NCBI RefSeq assembly: GCF_000150275.1 | Contig: NW_002060945.1 | Coordinates: forward strand, 3,557,172-3,621,171 | DNA: 64,000 nucleotides | From: Trichoplax adhaerens | Lineage: Eukaryota > Animalia > Placozoa | Direction of reading: 5' to 3' | In this document: one piece after another, positions 27,701 to 40,079 of the stretch | Position numbering within the stretch: position 1 is the first letter of the stretch | Layout: each line of letters begins with the position of its first letter | Made by a program: the position numbers and the translations under genes | Notes under the pieces: generated by a model | Told to the model about the DNA's origin: nothing | The model's database searches: none | Seen by the model: the letters and a program-made list of their open reading frames with translations, nothing else

Positions 27701-30700
27701 AAGTTTAATTTCAAACGTAAATCAGAATTAGAGATTCAACAAGCGAAATAGATATAGTGTATGATATAATTGATTGTTTAGAAATTATTGATTACTAACC
27801 ATCTACTTTATCTTGCTGAGTTTTAGGCTCGGGGTCTGTTTCTTTTATAGGACTCACTATAAGATCTGAGCTACCACCAAATCCATGATGAAATCGAATG
27901 ACAGCAATGATACTATTGATAGCTTTCTGTATAATGAATAGGTCATTAATAATACATACCGTATTAGAGATAAGTATGATCACTATCAAATGCCTAATAC
28001 TATAAGAATTTACCTTCCATCTTCGTCTAATCAAAAATCGCTTCAATCTTGAAGTTTTAATTTTCTTTTCAATTTTTTTCTTTATTTTTGCAATTCACAA
28101 TTAAATAATGTATAGGAATATTATGTTAGTTTCATATTTATCAACTTACAAAAAATCATAGTATTACTAGTTTGTGTAAATGAATCATGAAAAATTACCT
28201 TTAACCAACTATGATTTAATGCTTGCTCGATAGTAAAGCGTGATCTGTTGATAAAATTAAATTGATGACTTATTTTAATTTCACTATCATTTTAATTCTA
28301 TCAGTAATAGTATCTAATATAATTACTTTGGATCTTTCTGAATTAATCCTTCCATAAAATTTTTGGAATTTTCCGATAATTCGTCAAAAATTTCATCATC
28401 AAAATCCCATTCTGCATTTGTAACATTTTGTAGTGTTTCGCCATCATTTTCTCCCATAAAAGGCGACAATCCACTTAGTCTGTTAGAAAATTTGATAGAG
28501 AACAATCGAAGTAAACTAAATTACTTTTTCGCACTACAATTTGTTGGTGAGCTAAGCAATAGTTAATTACTTGTATAAGCTATTTAAAATCATAGAATAT
28601 TCATTTCTTAGACTTACAAAATGTAGGTTATTACTCCAACACTCCTACAGAGAGAAAGAATTTTTAGTTATATCTTTTCTCGTAAATTACTGAATGCAAA
28701 TATTTTTAAACAGTAGCAATAGTAAGCGATGTAAAATAATACTGTCGATGTTTTATGACTAACTTAATTATTTCATTGGGTATCACTTACCACATATCTG
28801 CGCTAAACGAAATCGGTTCAAAATTGATAACTTCCGGTGCTATAGTATATATATAATGAAATAAATATATTCAAGGAATACATTTGTATTACTGTAGTTG
28901 TTCATAGTATTACGTAATTTCGTAAAATTCTTTAATATATATCGTTTTTACCAACAAACTCTGGAGTACCACAAATGACTTTTATCTTATCTTTTGGATT
29001 GTATTTATGAGCAAGGCCAAAATCGATCAATTTAATATCCATGGAATCGTTACTTAAGCATAGGATGTTTTCAGGCTAACATAAAAACAATCTATATTAT
29101 TTACTTTTATGATATAAATGTTCTGAAAGCTATAATAAAACAAAGGATAGAATACATGTGATTATAAAAACATATTAACCTTCAGGTCAAGATGGATGAT
29201 ATTATTTTGGTGCATATGTTGAACACCTTCTAATACTTGAGTTATATATTCGGCAGCTTCTTTTTCTGATAAGTACTCTTTTTCTACAATTCTATCAAAT
29301 AGTTCTCCACCAGAAATGCTACAAAGTTATAAAAGGAGCCTCATTAATAAATAATACTAACGCCATGTATAGCTATGATTTATTTCCTTCGAACAAGTAG
29401 CGTATACTAGTATCTACTGTATTTACTAACAATTCAAGGACCATCACGTAATCAGTAGGTGTTTGATACACGGCATAAAGGCGGACTAATCTATCATGAT
29501 CAAGACAGTTCATGACGTCGATCTCTCGATGGATATCTTCCTCTTTAGAATTTTTTAAATCAATATGTTTCGCAGCAAAGATATTTCCGGATTCATCCGC
29601 ACAGCGGTATACTACACCAAAGCGTCCCCTGCAAAAGCATCATTATTAAACTTCACTATTACATATTTATATTGTATAGGTAGCCATAATCCGTAAAAGT
29701 TCTAAGTTTGATATTTAGTATAAGATATGCTGGCTCCTACACTAGTTCAGCAAGCACAAGAATAACAGTGCATGTAGCTTATTTATTATTATCATCATAC
29801 TTTCCAAGTTCCTCCAATAACGTATAGTCGTCCTTGAGGTTTCCCTTTATTAATTCAGTTTTCCTAGGTTTTTTGGGAGGGCCTAGAATATCATGTCGTA
29901 TTCGCGTAGAGCAATAAATCAGTTTCTTTTGTTTAAAGGTATATACGGTCCGCTAGAACGGTAGCATAAATAATAAACTACGACAAAATATGTTTAACTT
30001 TCGGTATTGTACTAAGTAAGTAATGCAGATTGAACGATCGTAGACCATATATTAAATTACAATAAATATGTATTAGAATTGTTACAGACGTTTGACTTTG
30101 TTATCCATGGTTTTTTGAGTTGTACTTTCTGTAAAAAAAGTTATCATAATTCTTAGTTTTAATAGATAATTATGCAATTGTAACAGTCACATGCTTGAAT
30201 TTTATTTACAATGATGTTTTCCATATTTAATTTAGACCAATAAATGACGAAAATTGATCTATCCAGTAAATTTAGCAATAAATACCTTTAGCTTCGTTGT
30301 TAAGAATAGGAGCTAAGTGGTTTTGTGGAACAAATCCTGCTGAACCGGTTGATTTAGCTTTCACAAGCCAAGAATTTTCTGTCTTTTCCAAAACTTTAAC
30401 AAGTTCGCCTTCCGATAAAGTCAGAGGATTGTCCTTGGATCCAGCGAATGATAATATAACTCTGTATAAGTTCTCACTATCATCTTGATTATTTTGCTTC
30501 TGAGTCGTGGCTGAAAGAGAGTATTATAAATATTTACATTATAACTATTATAGTAAATAGCTATATTTTAAATAATTTAATCACAGTAGGACAATAGGAA
30601 TCAATTTAATTACACATATGATACCTTCTGCTTCAATAACGATAATGCACTCTTCGCTTGGCTCACTTGAGCCGACTTTACTGTATGCCTTTACTCGGAA

Positions 30701-33563
30701 TTTATATACCATATCACATTCTAGCCTATTGACTACATAAGAACATTCCATCAATTCCCTGTCCACGGTCGACCATGAACTATCACCGACTTTCATGCTT
30801 TCAACAATGTATTTAGTTTCTTGATGACTATCGCTTTCCGATTGTTCCCAGGATAGTAGAATAGAATCAGTGGTTAATTTAGCTGATCGTAGATCAACTG
30901 GTCGACTTGGTGGTGCTGTAATAATATTTAAAAATTTACAAGTTATATTTTATCATGCCTTTAGTGCATTACTATTAATATAGAAAATTACCTTGATTAC
31001 TTAATTCTTCTGCTGCTTCTATTTAATTATAAATAAAAAAATTACATCAAAAAATCGTAGTATTACTTTCCTTTAGTCATACATCATTGAGCACAATAAA
31101 TTGTATTTATCATGCCATGTAGTGCATTACTATTAATATAGAAAATTACCTTGATTACTTAATTCTTCTGCTGGTTCTGTTTAATTATAAGTAAAATTTA
31201 CATCAAAAAATTGTAATGTCATTTTCCTTTAGTCATACATCGTTGAGCACAGTAACATAGAAAATGTGGGTATACTTCGAATACGATTAAGTAAGAAAAT
31301 CGTGCTAATTACCTTTAACATCTAATCTAGCTGAAGTTGTTACCGTTTTATCTTTTGTAATGATTGCACATTTGTAGATTCCATTGCTTTTAGAAGAACA
31401 ATTTTTTATTACTAATTCACAGCAAGATGCATCATCATCATCAAACGCATATTCGTATTCCGGACTGTTTTCGAGATATTCGTCGTTTTTATACCATTGT
31501 ACATCAAAATCAAGATCGGTTGACTCTACACTGACTGTAAGGCGGGCTGAATCACCATAATTCACGGAAATATCGGAAAGAGGCTTCAAGAACTTAACTT
31601 CTATTATTTCCTTTTTTGCTAAGATTTAAAATTCAGCGCGCGTTATAAATACTTTGCTTAACACGAAAACTTACGATAAATTTAAACAGTATAATACTTC
31701 TACTAGTTGTAAATATCTTGCCAGGTACCCTGGCAGTAGTGTTATGCTATTTTTACCTGCAACGAATAAACTAGCTCCACAGGACTGGGTTCCAGCTGTG
31801 TTTGTAGCAGAAACTGTATAGGTACCAGAATCGCCATTCTGACAGTTTTTAATTATCAACATATGTACTGGCCCATTACTAGATGTATTACCGTTGGAAA
31901 TTTCCAAGTCGTCTTTATACCACTTGATACTTGGTTGAGGTTGACCGGTTACTTCACAACGGAAAGTAGCATCCCCTCCTTCTTCTACTTCTAACCCAGA
32001 AATAGACTGACTAAATTTAGGCGGAGTTGTGACTGGTTTTTGAGTATCATCATCACCTACGCATGTTAATCAATCAATGCAATTCCTAAGTTTCGATCTC
32101 ATAATGCAACAATAATAAGGAAGAATGCTTATGTTGTAAAAGTTAACTTAGGATACAAATGTCACTTTCCTATAATTAAAATAGAACTAATTTCTGGGAA
32201 TAGAAGTGATACCTTCAACAGTTATAGTAACTGAGAAATCTTTTTCACCAGCTTCATTTGAAGCGACAATAGTGTAACGACCAGAATCGGAACTTTTACT
32301 GTGGTTAATAGTTAAAGTAGATTGACCAGCCTCAAATGTAACATGGACAGAGGCATTAGGTTCGATAACAGTGTTGTCCTTTAGCCACTCAACAGTAGGA
32401 TCTGGAGAAGCAGATATTTTAATCTTCAGTTCTATAGGCTCACCGGCCTTTACTTTCGTATTTTTTGGTTTACGGAGGAAGAAAGGGGCCTTAGCTTTGG
32501 GAGTAAATTTGCTTGCAGTCGTTGAGACCGTCGACTTTTTTATGGAACTCATCTGACATAGAAACGGATAAAATGAGATAAATCGTAAAGATTTAGGTAA
32601 TTAAGTGCAGAACACAATTTTTTAAGACTAATATGTAAAAAGCTACTGCGTAGCATTTTACATTATACAATACATATTTTAAGTAATTTTAAAGTATAAA
32701 GGTTTTGTAGAACATTTCTGTATCTTGGTCATACTATACAGTACTATGTAAGGAATGCATAATAGATAAACTGAACAATGATATAACAGATTGATATTTA
32801 TCTTCTATCTTCCGGATATATGACATTTTCTTAAAATGGTTTGTGATGTCAAAACATAGCCTACGTTGATTCAAATTGTTTGTGACGCTTGATATAATGT
32901 CAGTACAGTATAACCGAATTAGTTACATCATATGATTTTAATACCAAGACAGAGATCATTTATTTTCAATATTATGTTATCTATTAGTGTATACTTCATC
33001 AAGTTAGTGAAGTAAATTAAAAGCGATACTACAGTATCATACGAGTATATTTATTTAATTACAGATACAAGCTTGGGCTACACTATTCAAAATTTTCAAT
33101 AAATTGAAGCTCCAGTCTGCTACAAGTATTTTACATTGTTATACTATCTGTAATCAATACAAATACATTGGTCAAAAAGGTTGTTATTTTAAGGGTTAAT
33201 TTGATTTAGCTATCGTAGTACGATACAGTACTGTATATTAACATGAGCGGTAATCTATCTGTATTATTGAGTTAAACGTAAATAGATTTTAAGTTGTAGA
33301 GTACAGTGCATTCGAAAAATTGAATAACTTATTATAATTAAAAAGAGGCCCTAAAATCAGTATCTTGAACATCATGATATTTTACAGTCTAAATATCTAC
33401 TTTTGACACTAGTAGTGCGCTACTGGTAGGTCGTGTACGGACGATATTCAAGGCTACGAGCACGATCTTGATACGTGTTTCAGAATTTTTATTTGGAATA
33501 CGATATAATCAGCCTATACTCACCATTACCTATTCATGAAATGAAAACTACTAAGCTTACCAT
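24742..33563 (-). CDS. Tandem double MLCK-type Ser/Thr kinase (titin/MLCK/SPEG-obscurin superfamily): Ig-Ig-Ig-FN3-SH3-kinase1-CaM-Ig-kinase2-CaM-Ig-FN3, roughly 1,500 aa, about 29 exons
   Basis: I-set Ig exons at 32552-32213, 32056-31757, 31618-31313, 27698-27411 and 25370-25080. FN3 at 30915-30624 and in the last exon. SH3 at ~30510-30286. Kinase 1 (~29883-28199): ELGKGRFGVV, FAAK, HLDLKPEN, DFG, GTPEFVAPE, LSGLSPFMG. Kinase 2 (~27190-25807): ELGRGKFGIV, YAAK, HLDLKPEN, DFG, GTPEFVAPE, LSGLSPFMG. First coding exon appears to be ATG|gtaag at 33563-33561, with a second in-frame ATG at 32552. AATAAA near 24568-24573. Confidence 0.92.
30945..31252 (-). repeat. 158-bp tandem duplication carrying two 27-nt microexons (31176-31150 EPAEELSNQ; 31018-30992 EAAEELSNQ)
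   Basis: Two near-identical units, each with ag|AA(C/G)CAGCAGAAGAATTAAGTAATCAAG|gtaatt and conserved flanking intron sequence. Confidence 0.9.
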
Positions 33564-33662
33564 TTACAGTATTATTTAAAAATTTTTTTGTAGCTTAATA
33601 CTTGTTCGACGTGAGTCGAATCAATGTTTAAAACATTGATTAGAGATGAACCTTCCTGAATG

Positions 33663-33690
33663 TTTATATAGAGGTCTCTCTCTCTCTCTA
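33663..33690 (-). promoter_or_regulatory. Candidate TATA box (TATATAAA) with adjacent (GA)n tract, promoter of the double kinase
   Basis: The minus strand reads agagagagagagagacctcTATATAAAca about 100 nt upstream of the ATG|gtaag first exon. Confidence 0.5.
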
Positions 33691-34339
33691 TTGTGTGTCA
33701 TATTGTCTTATTGATTATTGTACAGTATTGTATAATCTTAGGTTCAAGTTGCCTGATAGTATTTGGGCAATACGCTTTTGTAGAATATTAAAAGAAGGAG
33801 ATCATACTTCTATAATCTAGAAAGAGTTCGTTGTCTACTAAACTTGAGCTTTCAGAACAAACGCATGACTAAGCATAAAAGATAGGACGCTGACTACAAA
33901 CTACACAACAACGGTATCTCAGTCTGCTACATCATCAATGTACACTAGTACAGTACGATTTATAACGTGCTGTTACTACTGTACTGTAGTACGAAGACAG
34001 TCTAGCTACGAATAATACATATACAATAAAGAAAAGCAGCATGCAAACTGTTTTTATTTCATTCTTATAGGAAGATACGTGGCCAGTCTATCAAAGGCAA
34101 TTATTATTATAAGAAATACAATATAAAGCCAAAGGCAAAAAAATACATTTCAACAAGGCTAGCAACGTCATCAAAAGTATAATATTAGTGTGTAAAAGAG
34201 GAAAAAAAGTACACTAAAGTGTCTTTCACATCAAATCACTAAAAGGTTCCCTATCAGTGTTCTTCAGTAATAGAGCACTCGGCGCCGTTAACGCAAAACG
34301 TGTTATAAGCTAACCGGTGTCGTTTTAAAGCTGGACGTT

Positions 34340-35120
34340 TTTGACATATTGATTGTACTGTACTGTACACTGTACACTGAGTGTACAGTAGTGTAACCAT
34401 GGTCGAATACGACCATTGTAGTGGTTTCTGATTACAGTGCAGACGTAGTGTTACGTCAACACTAAGTAGACGTACAGTACTAGACCTCATGCCGAATCTT
34501 TTACCTCTCTCCCCTTTCCCCCTCCCCCCCCCCCCCTCCGATTAGGGAGGGAATGGACCGGACCTTAGCCACAGCGAACAGCCGGCCAGTTTTGACGGGT
34601 TAACTGGATGAGTTTACACTACGCTGTACAGTACATTGTACAGAAAAAAAATCGTTTTGCAGTACTGTACTGTAGCTAAAAAAGGTGTGTCCACAATGAT
34701 CTCGGTGGTCTTCCGTGCAAGAGACTTCTTAAGGGAAAACCCTGACTGTGTAGAAGCTTTTTTAACAAAACACAAATTGTATACAGTACTACAGACGGTG
34801 AACATCGCAAATTGTGCTAAACTGTAAACGTAAATCCAGGAACTATAGCACTAAAATAATATATTACTTAACCCTGGTGAGCCAATAGTGGAATAATGAA
34901 GGAGTAACTGTATCATAGCTTATGACATATTTGCATACTGTAGGACAGTACATACGCGGAGTCACGCCTCAAATCCGATAAGCGGAAGTACAGTACATAC
35001 AGGAAAGTAAAACGCTTTTCGTCAATCATGACTACAGTACTGTACGTATTGCTGTCTATACTGCATAGTATGCTGTATATTATACATATTGTACAGTACT
35101 GTACGGCCAGTACAGTAAAC
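34340..35120. promoter_or_regulatory. Orphan TACAG/CTGTA motif cluster with poly-C tract (34506-34540)
   Basis: Dense gtactgtac/tacagtac runs as at the three bidirectional promoters, plus a long C-rich tract in AT-rich DNA. No CDS assigned. Confidence 0.4.
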
Positions 35121-37079
35121 TATGATTAGAATTTCTAATCATCGGAAAGTTCAAGAGTTTAGTTTCATGAAGGCATTCTGCTCTTTCATATAGTACAGTA
35201 GCTAGCGCTACTAGGGATAAAGGCTAATTCTGTTGGTTAGTATCCGTTTTCAGGTACAAATAATTCCTCAGGCAACTAGGGTCTGTAAAAAGTGCATAGT
35301 TGTACACCTCGGCAAAGTACAAAAACATGAGAGCTGCAAGCGTCGCTAATGAGTAATTACTATTTGGAAAAGGAGTTTGAGTTACTAATGCTGTTACCGT
35401 AATACGCTACTTATATGATCTTCCCAAATGTCTACACCTCAGCTCTACTGTAACAGCAACAGTTAAAAAGGCAATGCATTCGTCACGTAATACTGCAGTG
35501 GCTAATCAATCTAAGGATTAAATCATCTTAGCGAACGTTTATCATTGGCATAAGCTGAATTCATTGCCTTCATCATTTTTAGAAATTGATGATGCATATC
35601 TGGTAGCTATTACCGAGTATCGAATCGTAACGTCTCCGTAATACAGATTCACGATCCACAATCACTAGACAAAGGCACGCACTACATTAGCTGAGGTTCA
35701 AGATAGAATAGTAATTTATCAAGGATAAATGTTTGCTCATTGCGTAGGTTTACATAGCACGAGGTGTTGTACGTTATGATTTTAGGATAGAAGTGATCCT
35801 ACATTTCAGTTTTATCGAAAAACGCCAAAAAATGGAAAGTACTCTTTCCTATAAACCTACTCAACATTGGCAAAATCATTGACATTGCAGTAGAGTCACC
35901 AATGCTGTCGATGTTATACAATACATTCATCCAACTGTAAGCATTCAACAATAATCCATAGTACGGACACAATCAGTAATACAGTAGAATGGAACACAAT
36001 ACAATGTAACAAATCATTTGTTTTTTAGCAATCTGTTCGCTCAAGTGTAACGGCGAACAGCATCAATATTGTGTATTAAGTTTAAAAAAAAGGATATCCA
36101 AAATGACATAGTGTGTGATTTTACTGTAGAACTGCACGTTATGTTGTCTGTCAAAGCATCGCTAAAAACCGCACAGTGAAATGTGTAAATACAATTAACT
36201 TAATTAGGCAAACTATTATTACTGTACTGTCAATATCAAGGCGGAGTAGTAATTAGAAGGTCATCTAATTACGCTTGTGTTCGGAAATGGTCGCATCATA
36301 CTGTACTGATGGATGCATGATCAATGAATAGATGACAGATACAAGTCAAAGCTACATCGGAAGCAACAACAACAATACAATGCTACTAGTATATTTCATG
36401 CACTACAGTTTATGAAAGTAAGGTTTATTAATTAAATTAAATGAAATTTAATTTATATATGCAAACATACAGAACGCTGTACATATGCAGTACTGTTTTA
36501 ATAGTATACGCACACATTTAATACATACGCTATTATCTCAAGTCATATTACTGCTATTCTATACACTGTAGCATAAAATATTTTGTAGATGGATAGTTTT
36601 AAGTCCAAAGTCAGCCACATGTCGAAGAGTGTACCTTATCAAAACTCGAATCAAACGTGCTTGCACTCTTCACTCCATTTATAATTCATATTCTCTCAAG
36701 CACAGTTATCACGATCAGTTCATAAACTTCGTCATTATGATGAGCAGAGAATCGGGATACAAATTAATTATGTGATACTGTACAGACGACGGAGTGTGTG
36801 TACAGTACTATATTACTTGGACATTCAGATATGAGCAAGAAGTACTAAATAAGGCGCTTTAAAAGGATACATAATCATCTGTATAATCAAGTAACTGCAA
36901 TATATTTACACTTTACACCAAGCAAAAGGATAAATTTTAGCTGTAAGCCAGAATCAGTTCTTAAGCAGGCTAAGCAAGCTTAATTTTGTTGAGACTTACC
37001 TTCACGCTGATGACTTCACCCGACACGAAAATAGCGCTGCAGCAAGTACCGCTGTATTATTTCTTCTCCTAGGGTTGAT

Positions 37080-38045
37080 TACAGTACTGTACTGTACAAT
37101 ATTTGCAGTTCAGTAGTCAAAGTTTTGCATCGGCACCGTTTATTGGTGTTTGCCTGCGTGCTTGCGTAGTTGCGTGGTCGCAACGAGGCTTCGAGTTTAC
37201 GTAATTACGATGTTTTAGGGTCTCTAGAGTACAGTATCTGCAGTATGGCATGTTATATGCACGTATTAACGTATAAGCCACACCCACTATTTATTTCGGA
37301 TGTGCACTACAGTGTACAGTGTACAGTATAACACATACAGTACAGTGTACAGTACATGATGTTCTTTCAGAGAAAAACGCATTTTGAATCAATAGAAAGC
37401 GCCGCTTTCTCTTGATTAACGAAGAAAAGAAAAGAAAAATAAGTGATTCGGTAAAGGACTACAGACTGTGGTCTACAGTACAGTACAGTACAGTGATGCT
37501 GTAGTAATGTACTGTACGTACAGTACATTCCGTTTTCACAAAAATCCTAGGTATTAAGCCGTCTAGTCTGTACTGTTCGGTGTACAGTACAGTGCTGTAT
37601 CGATTAGTGAATCACTCCTCCCAAAAGTAACAGTACACTGTACTGTACAGTTCTGTACTGTTTTCATGTTTTCACTGTACTGTACAGTACAGTACGTATG
37701 AAACAAATCTTTGTCCAAACTACTGTTCTAAATTATGGTACAAATTATAAGATAATATTTGAATTAATTTAAATAACGCTATAACACTCGATCCCTTGAT
37801 TCTCATCAACTCATGCTATTGATTACGACTACCAGTTGAGATTTGAAGACTCAGGACAATATTAACATAGTAAATTAATTAATTATAGCTGGAATTTAAT
37901 GGACAGTGACGGATAAATGACTGGATAGCAATCCAGTGGGATTACTACCGTATAGTATAGTACAGTGTGGCAGCACAGTGTTTACAGTCCAGTAAACAGT
38001 GTCTACTATAATATACTGTACTGTATATATACAGTATAGTACAGC
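37080..38045. promoter_or_regulatory. Orphan TACAG/CTGTA motif cluster
   Basis: Many tacagtacagtac and gtactgtac runs. A perfect minus-strand donor AAG|GTAAGT lies at 37000/36999. Confidence 0.4.
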
Positions 38046-40079
38046 ACACTGGATCAGGTTCCGGTAAATTCTGCAACTAATGTTAAACTGTATGAGTTAG
38101 TATAGAAATAATCAGAAATACTACACTGCTGTCTAGTAAAAAAGCCAATTTTTTAACTTTTTCCTGGAAGAATTATACTGCAAATAATTAATACTTTACA
38201 ATGTACATTAGCACCAAATTTTTTAATTTTTAGCTAAAATTTTAAATTCTGGAATTGGAAAGTGCCAAGGACTATTCTATTAGCCTAAAAGTCGCCGTTG
38301 TGCATGAGTACAGTATCGTGTTATCTGTGAATGTAATTACATTAATTGGCTATTATAATGTAATGTAGTTAACAAATTGTAATTTATACTGGGAAGAACA
38401 ATACTAAATTTAATTTATAGTAGTTGTTACACCAGTAACCTGGTATAATAATAGGGAGAAAAATCTCATTTATCGTATTCCCAGAACATAACTGTAAATA
38501 ACGCATATGGAACAGTATAAACAATAACACAAAAATAAACTTTGAAATTAACTTTATTGCTATGAGAGATTAAAGCAATTGAATCATAAGAATTTCTTTA
38601 AAAACAGCAGAGCTCAGCAGCGAACTCTCGTAACCATGCGTAGATGTGGACGTAGGCATACAACATTACAGTACTGTGACTGTCTCATCCTTGCAGTTTG
38701 AAACTTACAATAAAGAGATGTATCTGTATTTACGTGATTGGTATGTGCATTCCAAAGCGAAATTTCATGAAACTTTTTGCTACCATAACGTTGCCACTGA
38801 TTATCATCACAATCATTTCAAAATATGACATAAGCATCAACTCTAGTATCAGATTTTATAGCGTAATCGTAAAAGTATGCAAATAAATATCCTGTATTGT
38901 AATTCGTAAAAATGTAGTTACGAGACTAAAAAGCAATTTTTTACACTGTTCATAAATCTAAACTAAATTCTCATTGTTGAATACCAATTGTAAGGTTAGT
39001 CGAGTAATCCTAAATATGACGATTCAATTAACCGAATAAGCTGGCATAAAGCTTCTGAGTTTGAGAATATTAGTCCTGAAAGAAAAATACAGACACAGTT
39101 GTTGAGATTAGCCAACAAATTCTATTAATGCATATCTAATAGATTTAGAATAATTCATCCGCAACTTTAAGTACTAGCAACGGTCTATGAAACTGTGATA
39201 CACTACGTTGTAGTACATTACAGTAGGTGGAACATCGTATGAATAGACTACAATCGCGTCATTTTAATATTCCGAAATTTATCACCCTTACATTCTCATC
39301 ATAGCGATCATAAATACATACTCTGCTTCGTAAAATAAGATAGCAATAGTGCTACACCCTGTATATACAGTATTATCCGAATCTGCTCGGTCCACTAACA
39401 ACTATAGCAGGGTTACTAAGAGTCGTTGGTTTGGTAAATTATCACTTGGTTATTAAACACAAAATCAGATCGTTTAGCGGTGATAGCTTAAAGTGGCACG
39501 CAAGTGCTAAATAATTAAATACGATTATGGGAAAGACGTTACAGGGTTGTATGTTATATAAATTCTGATGTGTAATATACTATCAAAAGATACTACTGTA
39601 GAAAATTTCAATATAGATTCTAAGCTGTTAATCCATTCACTACAACAAGCAACATCTTGCTACGACTTATAAAAATTTACTGTTCTGATAAAGTCATGAA
39701 AATTCGTATTGACGTATGTTTCAAATTCTGTTCTTGATTCTGTCTCTATAAAGTTATTACTGCATTGCAAGCAATCACCTATAATTTACCTTTTAACTCA
39801 TTTATGATCTAAAAATCGAAGCTAATGGTTTAAGAACAATAACTATATACTTAAGACCAATGATAAGGTAACTATATACATTAATGTGTTAATAGTAAGC
39901 AAATGTGAGAGCATATTAGTAAGGATAGCGCATTTAAGGTACCGTACGTTGTAGCGCTGAAAACTAGTAACAATTTGTAATGATTTAATAAAAATAGAAG
40001 AAATACAATCCCTTATAAAGCCAATACAAACGGGTATCTTTACGTAATTTGTATGGAACTTACATTTTTTCAAGGTAAA

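Noticed and set aside
34678-34765. U11 snRNA or C/D snoRNA identity for the AAAAAAGG...GAAGCTTTTTT segment
   Set aside because: There is no proper Sm site with a 3' stem, and the box C is non-canonical. Kept only as an unidentified structured candidate.
37005-37040. CTGATGA...GAAA hammerhead-like core
   Set aside because: Stem II cannot form (no closing G-C pair) and no flanking stems were found.
38995-39077. Strong minus-strand acceptor (tttttctttcag) as an alternative last coding exon of RNASEK
   Set aside because: The resulting peptide would break the second TM helix. It may be a 3'UTR or non-coding splice site but cannot be supported from sequence alone.
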